A stretch of 50,840 nt of DNA, taken from contig QIKT01000180.1 of NCBI GenBank assembly GCA_003233095.1, forward strand, positions 1 through 50,840, given 5' to 3'. The number at the start of each line of letters is the position of its first letter. Positions within the stretch are counted from its first letter, which is position 1. The DNA is from Oceanospirillales bacterium (lineage in GTDB: Bacteria; Pseudomonadota; Gammaproteobacteria; Xanthomonadales; SZUA-38). The translations under genes and the position numbers were made by a program. Of this stretch, positions 25,177 through 34,520 are shown in pieces. A model generated the notes under the pieces. The model saw only the letters and a list, made by a program, of their open reading frames with translations, was not told the origin of the DNA and did not search any database.

Positions 25177-26540
25177 GGGCAGTGTGTTTCCAGTAGGGCG
25201 GGCAGGCGCTGCGGTAATCCGTCGAAGCTGCCATTGGACATCAGGATGATCATCGCAGGTCGCGATTGTGCCGAGCTAAGCAGGGCCTGTTGAAGCGCTT
25301 CGATGCTGTCGTGGCAGTGCAGCCTGCTTCCCAGAGCTGCCAGTTGATCGTGGGCATTCCACTCAAGTTCAGGTCGGACCAGGACATGAATGTCATCGGC
25401 CTCATCGAGTGCCGGTGCCAATGCATCGGCGTGAGTCCCGCTGCGCATGGAATGGCTGCGGGGCTCCAGCGCGACGATAATTTTGTGCCCGGCAGCACGT
25501 TTCCGACAGCCGGAGATGGTGGTTCGGATTGCTGTGGGGTGGTGTGCAAAATCTTCAAAGACCGAGAGTCCTTCCTGTTCAGCAATCAGTTCCATGCGCC
25601 GTTTGACCCCGCGAAACGTTCCGAGCGCTTGCACGGCTTCGCCAGGGTCGATATCTGCCGCAGCCGCAGCGGCAACCGCAGCCAGCGCATTGGAGAGGTT
25701 ATGGTCGCCCTGGAGCGACCATGAGACGTGCTGCTCAGTGCCATCAGGACAGCGGATGATGAGCGCGCTGCCTTCGCTGTTGGCAAATCGTGCTTGCCAC
25801 TCGCTGTCAGTCGTCCCGAAGCCAAGCTGTCGGCTCCAGCACCCCATCGACAGCACCTCTGCAAGCTGTGCATCTGATCGATTGACGATGAGTGTTCCCT
25901 GGCCGGGGATGGTGCGGACCAGATGATGAAACTGGGTCTTGATCTGATCGATCGAATCGAAAATATCTGCATGATCAAATTCGAGATTGTTCAAGACCTG
26001 TATCCTGGGTCTGTAATGAACAAACTTGGAACGCTTGTCAAAAAATGCGGTGTCATATTCATCGGCTTCGATGACAAAAAACGGACTGTCGGACCAACGG
26101 GCACTGATGCCGAAATTGGCAGGTACGCCGCCGATCAGAAAACCGGGATTGTGTCCGGTCTCTTCGAGGATCCAGGCGAGCATGCTGCTGGTGGTTGTTT
26201 TGCCATGGGTGCCGGCGACCGCGAGAACCTGCTTGCCTGTCAGCGCGTGTTCGGCCAGCCATTGCGCGCCAGAGGTATACGACAGGCCACGGTCCAGGAC
26301 TGCTTCGACCGCCGCATTGCCGCGTGAGAGGGCGTTGCCGATGATCACCAGATCACAGTCTGCGGGCAGGTCTCCGGCGTGATAGCCCTCGATCAGTGGA
26401 ATGCCGGCATCACCAAGCTGATCGCTCATCGGTGGGTACACCTGTTGATCGGCGCCACTGACCTGGTGACCCATGCTGCGTGCGATTCTGGCCAGAGAGC
26501 CCATGAAGGTGCCGCAAATACCGAGAATGTGAATCTTCAT
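25173..26540 (-). CDS. mpl: UDP-N-acetylmuramate:L-alanyl-gamma-D-glutamyl-meso-diaminopimelate ligase
   Basis: MKIHILGICGTFMGSLARIARSMGHQVSGADQQVYPPMSDQL...LAVAGTHGKTTTSSMLAWILE is collinear with E. coli Mpl. This is the internal ATG of track ORF 25173..26675. Confidence 0.9.
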   Translation of the reverse strand: MKIHILGICGTFMGSLARIARSMGHQVSGADQQVYPPMSDQLGDAGIPLIEGYHAGDLPADCDLVIIGNALSRGNAAVEAVLDRGLSYTSGAQWLAEHALTGKQVLAVAGTHGKTTTSSMLAWILEETGHNPGFLIGGVPANFGISARWSDSPFFVIEADEYDTAFFDKRSKFVHYRPRIQVLNNLEFDHADIFDSIDQIKTQFHHLVRTIPGQGTLIVNRSDAQLAEVLSMGCWSRQLGFGTTDSEWQARFANSEGSALIIRCPDGTEQHVSWSLQGDHNLSNALAAVAAAAAADIDPGEAVQALGTFRGVKRRMELIAEQEGLSVFEDFAHHPTAIRTTISGCRKRAAGHKIIVALEPRSHSMRSGTHADALAPALDEADDIHVLVRPELEWNAHDQLAALGSRLHCHDSIEALQQALLSSAQSRPAMIILMSNGSFDGLPQRLPALLETHCP

Positions 26541-26995
26541 GGGGGTGGTGTCTCGCTCAACAACTGCAGTAACAGCAGGTCGCCGATGAAGACGGCGATC
26601 GTGATCAGCATTCCGATGTGGAAGGAGCGACCCAGTGCCTGTGAATAAATATGCGCCTTGATAATGAAGCTCCACAAGACCAGTAGCAGGTAGGCGAGGA
26701 TCACCAGCGCGTTGGCATTCTGACCTGTCTCGGTGGCCTGATACAGCGAGATGGACAGCGGCAGGGCAAACGCACCCAGCACAAGGCCGGTGGCCAGCAT
26801 GGCACTGAGCGTCTGCACGAATCGTTGCGGGACGCTAAACAGCGACAGCAGCACGTAGGGGATCAGGAAGGAATACGCCACACTGAACCAGTCTGCCTGC
26901 CCGAATACATCTTGATAGAGCCGGGTCTGCATCTGATAACTCAATGCCACCGACACGATGGCCAGAGTGACCAGTGCCCATCGCGAGTAGGCCAT
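26537..26995 (-). CDS. hypothetical polytopic membrane protein
   Basis: 152 aa from the ATG at 26995, with 4-5 hydrophobic helices. ATGA overlap with the mpl start. The longer track ORF (to 27214) overlaps the tusA-like gene. Confidence 0.55.
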   Translation of the reverse strand: MAYSRWALVTLAIVSVALSYQMQTRLYQDVFGQADWFSVAYSFLIPYVLLSLFSVPQRFVQTLSAMLATGLVLGAFALPLSISLYQATETGQNANALVILAYLLLVLWSFIIKAHIYSQALGRSFHIGMLITIAVFIGDLLLLQLLSETPPP

Positions 26996-27137
26996 GTCCT
27001 GTGGGCCAGCGCGCAGCAGGCAGATTCGAGCGGTGGTGATCAACTGGGGGACAATCACGTTAGAGTCTCGTGCTGATGGCTGAGGATCGGCTAGTATAGT
27101 GGATTGGGTGTAACGCTGTGACAGGGAGAACGGCACT

Positions 27138-27404
27138 GTGCAACTGCTTGATGATATGGACCATTCGACCTTCAAGGGATCGCCCGACCACAGCATTGAT
27201 GCGCGTGGCCTCATGTGCCCGGCGCCGGTGCTTGAACTGAAATCCGGAATCGCAGCAATCCAGAGCGGACAGGTGATTGAAATCAGTGCGGATGATCCGC
27301 ATGCACGTCTTGATTTTCAGGTCTTCTGTGCTCGAACCGGACACCACTGGATCGCCCTGCACGAGGATGATCAGGGGTTCAGGGTATTGATTCGAAAGCG
27401 TTGA
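27138..27404 (+). CDS. TusA/SirA-like sulfur carrier protein
   Basis: DARGLMCPAPVLELK (CPxP active-site motif). GTG start with AGGGAGA 8 nt upstream. Confidence 0.8.
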   Translation: MQLLDDMDHSTFKGSPDHSIDARGLMCPAPVLELKSGIAAIQSGQVIEISADDPHARLDFQVFCARTGHHWIALHEDDQGFRVLIRKR

Positions 27405-27419
27405 AACGGTTTGAGCCGA

Positions 27420-28001
27420 CTATTCGCCGTCCGAATCGTCGGCGTTGAGAATTGCCACGATCCGTTCAGACACATCGTCGACCGAGCCACTGCCCAGTAC
27501 CTGACTGAGTTTGTGCTGCTGTGCGTAGAAGTCAACCACCGGCGCGGTGTCGTTTTCATACACATTCAGGCGATGACGAACGGTCTCGGCATTGTCGTCG
27601 TTGCGACCTTCCAGTTCGGCGCGCTTGGCGATCCGTTCGACCACCTCGTCCACGTCCACATCGATCTGGATCGCCTCCTGAACGGGCAGCCGCAGCTCAT
27701 CGAGCAACTCATCCAGTGCTCTGGCCTGTGCCAGATTGCGTGGATAGCCGTCCAGAATGTATCCGGACTGAATATCATCAAGACCCAGACGTTCACGAAG
27801 CAAGCCGAGAATCATCGCATCGGGGACCAGATTGCCTCCGGCCATGATGCTTTCGGCCTGTTTGCCAATTTCAGTCTGATCACGGGCAGCCTGACGCAGC
27901 AGGTCTCCGGTGGAGATATGTGGGATATTCAAGGTTTCCCGGAGGATAGCGGCCTGAGTTCCCTTTCCGGAACCTGGCGCGCCCAGTAACACAATACGCA
28001 T
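27420..28001 (-). CDS. adk: adenylate kinase (short-LID form)
   Basis: MRIVLLGAPGSGKGTQAA...ILDGYPRN. The LID region is only RIAKRAELEGRNDDNAETVRHRL. Total length 193 aa. Confidence 0.95.
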   Translation of the reverse strand: MRIVLLGAPGSGKGTQAAILRETLNIPHISTGDLLRQAARDQTEIGKQAESIMAGGNLVPDAMILGLLRERLGLDDIQSGYILDGYPRNLAQARALDELLDELRLPVQEAIQIDVDVDEVVERIAKRAELEGRNDDNAETVRHRLNVYENDTAPVVDFYAQQHKLSQVLGSGSVDDVSERIVAILNADDSDGE

Positions 28002-28097
28002 GAAATGATCCTGTCGCGTTTCCCAAAATCGGCGAGGCTGATAAGCTACAGGCTGGTGCCATACAAGTCAATCTGGCAGTGACAACAGGACAATCGA

Positions 28098-29360
28098 ATG
28101 ACAGTACGCAATGCGCTGTATGCTCAATCCGGCGGAGTGACAGCGGTGATCAACGCCAGTGCCAGAGGGGTGATTGAAGCGGCACGGCAGAATCCGGATC
28201 GAATCGGCACGCTGTTTGCCGCACACAATGGAATCGTGGGGGTCCTGCGGGAGGCGCTGATTGACACATCGAGCTTGAGTGATGATCAGGTGACCAGTCT
28301 CTCGCAAAGGCCAGGCGGGGTGTTCGGGTCGTGCCGCTACAAGCTGCCGCCTCTGGATGATGATCCGGAGGGGATTTACCCACGCTTGGTCGACGTGTTC
28401 AGGGCGCACGATATTGGCACCTTGTTCTACAATGGAGGGGGTGATTCGGCCGACACGGCACACAAGCTGGGGTTGTTGTCCGACCAGCATCAATTGGGCC
28501 TGCAATGCATTGCCGTGCCCAAGACGGTGGACAACGATCTGCCCATGACGGACTGCTCACCTGGCTTCGGTTCAGTTGCTCGCTACGTGGCGACCTCATT
28601 GCTCGAGGCTAGCCTGGATGTCCGATCGATGTGTGATACCTCGACCAAAGTCTTCGTCATGGAAGTCATGGGGCGTCATGCGGGCTGGATTGCAGCCTCA
28701 GCAGGACTGGTGGCGCTTGCCGCTGATCCATCACCGCTACTGATCCTGTTTCCCGAAGTACCGTTTCAGCCGGAGGCCTTCCATGCCGAGGTCGATCGCC
28801 TGATCGAGCAACATGGCTACTGCTGTGTCGTCGTCAGTGAGGGAGTCAGAGATGATTGTGGTGACTTTCTCGCGGACTCGGGGCGCACAGACGCCTTCGG
28901 TCATCAGCAGCTGGGCGGCGTGGCGGCGGTGATTGCCGGTATGATTGTTGAGAATGGTGGGCACAAGTGTCACTGGGCGGTCCCGGATTATCTGCAACGG
29001 GCAGCACGCCATCTGGCATCGGCGACCGATCTGTCTCATGCGCTTGCGGTGGGGCGACATGCGGTGGCCTTAGCGATGGATCACCATCACCAGGTCATGG
29101 TGACGATTGAACGGATCAGTGATTCGCCGTATCAATGGAAAGTCGGTCACGCACCGCTCGCCGAGATCGCTAACGTCGAGGCTGGCGTTCCAGCGGCGTA
29201 TATTCGCGAGGATGGTTTTGGCATCACCGAACAGGCGCTGACCTATCTTGCTCCCCTGATCGAGGGTGATGCCTCGCAGGTCCTGAGGCATGGATTGCCT
29301 GATATTCAGACGCTGCCTTTGCAGTGTGTCCCTCGCAAGTTGAGTGATTTCAAGGTCTGA
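28098..29360 (+). CDS. pfp: 6-phosphofructokinase, probably pyrophosphate-dependent (Pfp)
   Basis: 420 aa. MTVRNALYAQSGGVTAVINASARGVIEAAR...YNGGGDSADTAH...PKTVDNDLPMTD. The length, N-terminus and adjacency to an H+-PPase gene recall the Methylococcus-type PPi-PFK. Phosphoryl-donor specificity is inferred. Confidence 0.75.
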   Translation: MTVRNALYAQSGGVTAVINASARGVIEAARQNPDRIGTLFAAHNGIVGVLREALIDTSSLSDDQVTSLSQRPGGVFGSCRYKLPPLDDDPEGIYPRLVDVFRAHDIGTLFYNGGGDSADTAHKLGLLSDQHQLGLQCIAVPKTVDNDLPMTDCSPGFGSVARYVATSLLEASLDVRSMCDTSTKVFVMEVMGRHAGWIAASAGLVALAADPSPLLILFPEVPFQPEAFHAEVDRLIEQHGYCCVVVSEGVRDDCGDFLADSGRTDAFGHQQLGGVAAVIAGMIVENGGHKCHWAVPDYLQRAARHLASATDLSHALAVGRHAVALAMDHHHQVMVTIERISDSPYQWKVGHAPLAEIANVEAGVPAAYIREDGFGITEQALTYLAPLIEGDASQVLRHGLPDIQTLPLQCVPRKLSDFKV

Positions 29361-29403
29361 CCAGCACCCGACAGGCTCTAAGCTCGGTCATTTGGCAGAC
29401 AGC

Positions 29404-29431
29404 AAAAACCCGGCACTGTGGCCGGGTTTTT
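29404..29431. terminator. bidirectional Rho-independent terminator between pfp and hppA
   Basis: AAAAACCCGGC, loop actgtg, GCCGGGTTTTT. An A-run and a T-run flank a GC stem between the convergent genes. Confidence 0.8.
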
Positions 29432-29455
29432 GGGTCGAACAGATGTGGCCGTGAT

Positions 29456-31465
29456 CTACAAAATCGGAATGATCAACAGCGCCACGATGTTAATGATCTT
29501 GATCAACGGGTTGATGGCAGGTCCGGCGGTGTCCTTGTAGGGGTCACCCACGGTGTCACCGGTGATCGAGGCCTTGTGGGCATCGGATCCCTTGCCGCCG
29601 TGGTTGCCATCCTCGATCAGTTTCTTGGCGTTGTCCCAGGCACCACCACCGGTGGTCATCGAGATGGCCACGAAGATTCCCGTGACAATCGTTCCAATCA
29701 GCAAGCCACCCAGCGCCTGTGGGCCCAGCAGAAGACCGACCAGAACCGGTGCAACGATCGGCAGCATCGATGGAATGATCATCTCCTTGATGGCCGCACG
29801 GGTCAGCAGATCAACGGCCCTGGAGTAGTCAGGCTTGGCCGTCCCTTCCATGATGCCGTCAATTTCGCGGAATTGTCGTCGCACCTCTTCAACCACCGAT
29901 GCGGCGGCTCGTCCGACCGCTTCCATGGCCATCGAGGCAAACAGATACGGCAGCAGACCACCGAGAAACAGACCGATAATGACCATGGGTTCATCGAGTG
30001 AGAAGGTCACCATCTTTCCGGCGGCTTCCAGCTTGTGGGTGTAGTCGGCAAACAGCACCAGCGCGGCCAGACCCGCCGAGCCGATTGCGTAGCCCTTGGT
30101 CACAGCCTTGGTGGTGTTGCCTACGGCATCGAGAGGATCAGTAATGTTTCGGATATTCTCATCCAGATCGGCCATCTCGGCAATGCCACCGGCGTTGTCG
30201 GTGATCGGACCGTAGGCATCCAGCGCGACAATCATGCCGGTCATCGACAGCATGGCGGTTGCCGCAATGGCAATGCCGTACAGTCCAGACAGTTCATAGC
30301 TGCCCCAGATGGCCGCGCAGACCGCAAGCACTGGCCAGGCGGTGGATTTCATCGAAATGCCCAAGCCTGCGATGATGTTTGTGGCATCACCGGTTTCAGA
30401 GGCCTTTGCTATATGCTTGACCGGCTTGTATTCGGTCGAGGTGTAGTACTCGGTGATCACCACCATTGCCCCGGTCAGAGCAAGTCCGATCAAGGTGCAG
30501 TAGAACAGGTTCATGGCCGTCTCTTCGGGCATCATCTCAGTGGTGATGAAGTAGAAGCCAATCGCCGACAATACAGCTGACACAATCACACCTTTGTACA
30601 GCGCACCCATGATCGAGCCGCCTTCCTTAGTGCTGACAAAAAAGGTCCCGACTATCGAAGCGATGATCGAGGCTGCGCCAAGCACCATCGGATACAGAAT
30701 CGGATTGCCTCCGACTTCTGCGGCCATCAGACCGCCAAGCAGCATGGTGGCAATCAGAGTCACCGCATAAGTTTCGAACAGGTCGGCTGCCATGCCGGCA
30801 CAGTCACCGACATTATCGCCCACGTTGTCCGCGATGACCGCAGGATTACGCGGATCATCTTCGGGAATGCCGGCTTCGACCTTTCCGACCAGATCAGCGC
30901 CGACGTCAGCACCCTTGGTGAAAATGCCACCCCCCAGTCGAGCAAAGATTGAAATCAGTGATCCACCGAATGCCAGTCCAACCAGCGCGTGCAAGGTGTT
31001 GTCAATGCCAATCATTGGCTCGGCAATCGCATAGAAACCGGCCACGCCCAACAGGCCCAATCCCACCACCAGCATGCCGGTAACGGCGCCGCCGCGGAAG
31101 GCAACCGCGAGTGCGGCGTTGATGCCATCATTGGCAGCCTGAGCGGTTCGCACGTTGGCACGAACCGAGATATGCATGCCGACGTAGCCTGCTGCACCGG
31201 AGAACACCGCACCAATACCAAAGGCAATTGCAGTGGCCCAGTCGAGGGCGAAGCCCATCACGAGCAGCAACACAACGCCAACAACAGAGATGGTCAGATA
31301 CTGTCGATTCAGGTAGGCCGAAGCGCCTTCCTGGATCGCTTGCGCGATTTCACGCATGCGGGCGTTCCCGTCAGATTTTGCCAAAATCCAGCGTATCGAC
31401 CAGCCACCATACAAGATAGTGATAATCGCCGCCCCAATCGCAATCCAGAGTGCATACTCGACCAT
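29456..31465 (-). CDS. hppA: membrane-bound proton-translocating pyrophosphatase, K+-independent type
   Basis: 669 aa and polytopic. Contains [18 protein letters not shown] and [25 protein letters not shown] carries Lys at the position that distinguishes K+-independent enzymes. Confidence 0.95.
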   Translation of the reverse strand: MVEYALWIAIGAAIITILYGGWSIRWILAKSDGNARMREIAQAIQEGASAYLNRQYLTISVVGVVLLLVMGFALDWATAIAFGIGAVFSGAAGYVGMHISVRANVRTAQAANDGINAALAVAFRGGAVTGMLVVGLGLLGVAGFYAIAEPMIGIDNTLHALVGLAFGGSLISIFARLGGGIFTKGADVGADLVGKVEAGIPEDDPRNPAVIADNVGDNVGDCAGMAADLFETYAVTLIATMLLGGLMAAEVGGNPILYPMVLGAASIIASIVGTFFVSTKEGGSIMGALYKGVIVSAVLSAIGFYFITTEMMPEETAMNLFYCTLIGLALTGAMVVITEYYTSTEYKPVKHIAKASETGDATNIIAGLGISMKSTAWPVLAVCAAIWGSYELSGLYGIAIAATAMLSMTGMIVALDAYGPITDNAGGIAEMADLDENIRNITDPLDAVGNTTKAVTKGYAIGSAGLAALVLFADYTHKLEAAGKMVTFSLDEPMVIIGLFLGGLLPYLFASMAMEAVGRAAASVVEEVRRQFREIDGIMEGTAKPDYSRAVDLLTRAAIKEMIIPSMLPIVAPVLVGLLLGPQALGGLLIGTIVTGIFVAISMTTGGGAWDNAKKLIEDGNHGGKGSDAHKASITGDTVGDPYKDTAGPAINPLIKIINIVALLIIPIL

Positions 31466-31549
31466 AATTACTCCCGTTTATATCGTCGTTGATTGTTATC
31501 GTTCTGAGGTTTGGGTCCATGGGCCACCTTCAGTGGCTGGACCTGGCAA

Positions 31550-31709
31550 CCTGTCGGACTTGAGGTGATCGACTGCGGAAAATCCGAGTGTGGCCAGATG
31601 TCCTGATCTTGTTGGTTAAATAGCGGTGCTATTCGCCTCAAAAGATCGAAAAATCTGACTCAAATCGACTGTTCCTCGTGACGACCCGTTAAGTCCGACA
31701 GGCTGCTAG
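31550..31709 (+). repeat. type-2 intergenic repeat copy, bracketed by 12-bp perfect inverted repeats
   Basis: CCTGTCGGACTT (31550-31561) pairs with AAGTCCGACAGG (31691-31702). The core 31608-31709 matches 7993-8094. Confidence 0.8.
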
Positions 31710-31892
31710 ACTGACGGATATGTCTGCCAGTCCGGTTGGTCTGGCCGCACATTAGCGGTCGGAGCCGTCTGGATCATAGACAATCTGGTCGGTTTTTCAT
31801 AGTGAATGACCAATTTAGCGCGTTGTTTGCCTTGATAATCGAGACAAATGCCTCCAGTTTGCCCACTCAATCCAGAGACTCAGGATACACAG

Positions 31893-32432
31893 ATGAATAT
31901 CGATCGCATTTCTGCAGGTGACGACCTGCCCAATGAAATCAATGTCATTATCGAAATTCCGGTCGATAGTGAGCCCGTGAAGTATGAAGTCGACAAGGAT
32001 ACCGGTGCTATCTTTGTCGATCGGATCATGAAAACGTCCATGCGATATCCGACCAATTACGGCTATATCCCCGATACCCTCAGCGATGACGGGGATCCAG
32101 CCGATGTCCTGGTCATCATGCCGATGGCGCTGATCCCAGGCTCAGTCATTCAATGTCGTCCGGTTGGATTGTTGAGAATGGAGGATGAGGCAGGTGGCGA
32201 TGACAAGGTGTTGGCGGTTCCGGTTGAAAAGATTACCGGTCTGTATCGAAACGTCCTGGATATCGAGGATGTCGACAAGATGACTCTGGATCGGATTGCT
32301 CACTTCTTTGATCACTACAAGGATCTGGAGACCGGCAAATTCGTCAATATCAATGGTTGGTTCGGCGTTGAAGAAGCCCGTCAGGAAATCATGGATTCAT
32401 ATGACCGAGCGCATCGCAACAACGTAGACTGA
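31893..32432 (+). CDS. ppa: soluble inorganic pyrophosphatase (family I)
   Basis: MNIDRISAGDDLPNEINVIIEIP...KYEVDKDTGAIFVDR...YPTNYGYIPDTLSDDGDPADVLV. This is the internal ATG of track ORF 31848..32432. Confidence 0.95.
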   Translation: MNIDRISAGDDLPNEINVIIEIPVDSEPVKYEVDKDTGAIFVDRIMKTSMRYPTNYGYIPDTLSDDGDPADVLVIMPMALIPGSVIQCRPVGLLRMEDEAGGDDKVLAVPVEKITGLYRNVLDIEDVDKMTLDRIAHFFDHYKDLETGKFVNINGWFGVEEARQEIMDSYDRAHRNNVD

Positions 32433-32485
32433 TTGACTGTTGTGTGAGGGACCTGGCCGCAGCATCATGCAGCCAGCTCCGATAC

Positions 32486-33505
32486 TTATCCGTCGTCAAG
32501 CAATTTCTGCAGATCGATCATTGCAGCGTTGGCCTGAGAGATGTGTGACGCCATCACCAGTGAGTGGTTGGCCGTCAGACCGAACCCACCCCCGTTCAGA
32601 ACGATTGGGCTCCACATGGTGGCCTGAGTTGCTTCCAGGTCACGAATGATCTGAGCCAGGCTTGCGGTGGCATTCTTGTCCTCCAGTACCGACCTGAAAT
32701 CGATTTCCATGGCCTTGAGGAAATGGATCATGGCCCAGCAGCTGCCTCGAGCTTCATAGAACACATCGTCGATCTCCAGCCAGGGTGTTTTGACGAAACG
32801 GTCAGCAGCAGCGGACGTTGATTGGGTCGCCGCCGTTTCTCCAGCAAGGTCCAGGTTCAGTCGCGCCTGACCGATGCTCTGCGCCAGGCGTGATGACAGG
32901 GAGCCCAGTTGCTGGTTGGCTATCGCCAGGTAGTCTCGAAGGTTGTCAGCGCGCGCATAGAACTGCGCATTGTCATTATCATCGTCTTCCAGGCGAAGCA
33001 GATAGCCATCCAGCAGCTCGATCGCTTGTCGGTATTCGGACTCGGCTCGGGGCAGTATCCAACTGTCCGAATCGATTGACAGCTTCGGATGGGCCAACAT
33101 CAGATCCTCATCTTCTTTGGACTGGCTTTGAGATCGGCTGATCTCAAAGCGAAGCACCTGAGTCAGATCACGCACTTGCCGCAGTACTCCCCACTCCCAA
33201 CTGGGCACGTTGTCCATCCACACCGATGGTGGACTCAGGTCATTGGAGAGATAGCCTCCCCGCTTGTCCAGCATGGTGCGCGCGACTTCCTGCAGGGTGA
33301 CCACGGTGATGTAGCCCGTCTTGATGGTATGGCCGCGCTCAGCGGCCTTCAGCTGGGCTCTGGCGGCCACATCGAAGCTGTCGGGTTCGTGGTCGTAGTA
33401 GAATATCAACACCACGCACAGCAGGATCAGAATCAATGGAATCAGCAGCCACCGTTTGCGGCGGATATCCAGCAAGAGCATGGCATCACGGAGTCGTTGA
33501 AACAT
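32486..33505 (-). CDS. DUF2333-like membrane-anchored protein
   Basis: Start at MFQRL (33505) with one N-terminal TM helix. YYDHEPDSFDV...GGYLSNDLSPPSVWMDNVPSWEWGVLRQVRDLTQVLRFEISRSQSQSKEDEDL fits my memory of DUF2333. Confidence 0.65.
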   Translation of the reverse strand: MFQRLRDAMLLLDIRRKRWLLIPLILILLCVVLIFYYDHEPDSFDVAARAQLKAAERGHTIKTGYITVVTLQEVARTMLDKRGGYLSNDLSPPSVWMDNVPSWEWGVLRQVRDLTQVLRFEISRSQSQSKEDEDLMLAHPKLSIDSDSWILPRAESEYRQAIELLDGYLLRLEDDDNDNAQFYARADNLRDYLAIANQQLGSLSSRLAQSIGQARLNLDLAGETAATQSTSAAADRFVKTPWLEIDDVFYEARGSCWAMIHFLKAMEIDFRSVLEDKNATASLAQIIRDLEATQATMWSPIVLNGGGFGLTANHSLVMASHISQANAAMIDLQKLLDDG

Positions 33506-33609
33506 GTTGGACCTTGGATTCAAACAGAATCCACATGATATCACGCAGCGAGGCAAGCCTGCCTGAGCAAGAGGTCACCCATTCGGTGAGAATGATGTGC
33601 TTTGACAGT

Positions 33610-34101
33610 TTAGTCGTCTGAGCTGTCGAATCGTTGTTTGAGTTGTTCGCGTGCTCGGAACAGTTGGGTCATGACGGCACTCTTGCTGATCTGCAATTGA
33701 TCGGCGATTTCCTGGCAGCTATAGCCCATGATGACCTGAAGAACCAGTGGCTCTCGATATTTTACTGGCAGGGTAGCCATGGCTCCTCGAAGTTGTTCAC
33801 TGTCTGAGACCTCATCATGGCTGTCGATCGAGTCATCGGCGATCACCTGATCGTCAATGTCGACAAGATCCGGAACTTTCCTCTCGAAGGTGCGAGCGTA
33901 CTCTCGCCTGAGAATGGTAATCAACCAGCTTTTCACCGCCTTTTGATCACGCAGTCGATCGAAGGCCTTGAAGGCCCTCAAGAAAGTTTCCTGAACCAGA
34001 TCCTGAGACAATGGCTTGTCGCGACAGAGCCAGTAGGAGTAACGAGCCAAGTCGTCGTGATAGGTGGCAACGACCTCATCAAATGAGAGTTTTTGATTCA
34101 T
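33610..34101 (-). CDS. ECF RNA polymerase sigma factor
   Basis: Region 2: SQDLVQETFLRAFKAF...WLITILRREYARTFERK. Region 4: YREPLVLQVIMGYSCQEIADQLQISKSAVMTQLFRAREQL. Confidence 0.85.
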   Translation of the reverse strand: MNQKLSFDEVVATYHDDLARYSYWLCRDKPLSQDLVQETFLRAFKAFDRLRDQKAVKSWLITILRREYARTFERKVPDLVDIDDQVIADDSIDSHDEVSDSEQLRGAMATLPVKYREPLVLQVIMGYSCQEIADQLQISKSAVMTQLFRAREQLKQRFDSSDD

Positions 34102-34468
34102 GGCATTGGCTCAACAGCTCAGGCACAAGCAAGTGGGTTCAATAGGTAAGATCATCAGGTCAGAGTCTGTCATGCATCGGTGATCCGGTTGTTTTACACG
34201 GCCATGCTGATTCTACGTGCAGGGTTGCTCATCCTGCAAGTCAGTTCTGTGCCAGAGCGCCTGCCTTCGCAAGTTCGCCAGCGCCTTGATGACCTCTGGC
34301 ACTTTCTGTATCCCGGCTCAAGTGGTCGAATGATTCACTTGGGCAAACAGCCGGATCATGTCACTTGTTGCCACATCATTCGTCATACCCAACAGACCTG
34401 CAGCAATCGGCAGGCGCACTGGCCGCGACAGCCCGAGAGGCCAGTGCAAGCAAGGCTTGATCTGATCA

Positions 34469-34499
34469 GGCATACTGCTTAGTATGTCGATCTTTTTTT
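34469..34499 (+). terminator. candidate Rho-independent terminator inside the sigma/pcm intergenic gap
   Basis: GGCATACT, loop gctt, AGTATGTC (8 bp including one G-U pair), then GATCTTTTTTT. It ends 22 nt before the pcm-like ATG. Confidence 0.55.
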
Positions 34500-34520
34500 A
34501 GATTTTTTCGGGAATGACAC

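Noticed and set aside
26996-27214. 5' extension of the membrane-protein ORF, and similar extensions of mpl (to 26675), waaA (to 38001), hemL (from 21112), ppa (from 31848) and rpmB (from 3436)
   Set aside because: Homology or hydrophobic-domain onset and RBS context favour the internal starts. Several of the extensions overlap neighbouring genes.
34180-34482. 100-aa GTG-start ORF in the sigma/pcm spacer
   Set aside because: It has atypical composition (Arg/His/Cys/Gln-rich), no SD and no motif. It is kept only as an alternative explanation under the candidate sRNA finding.
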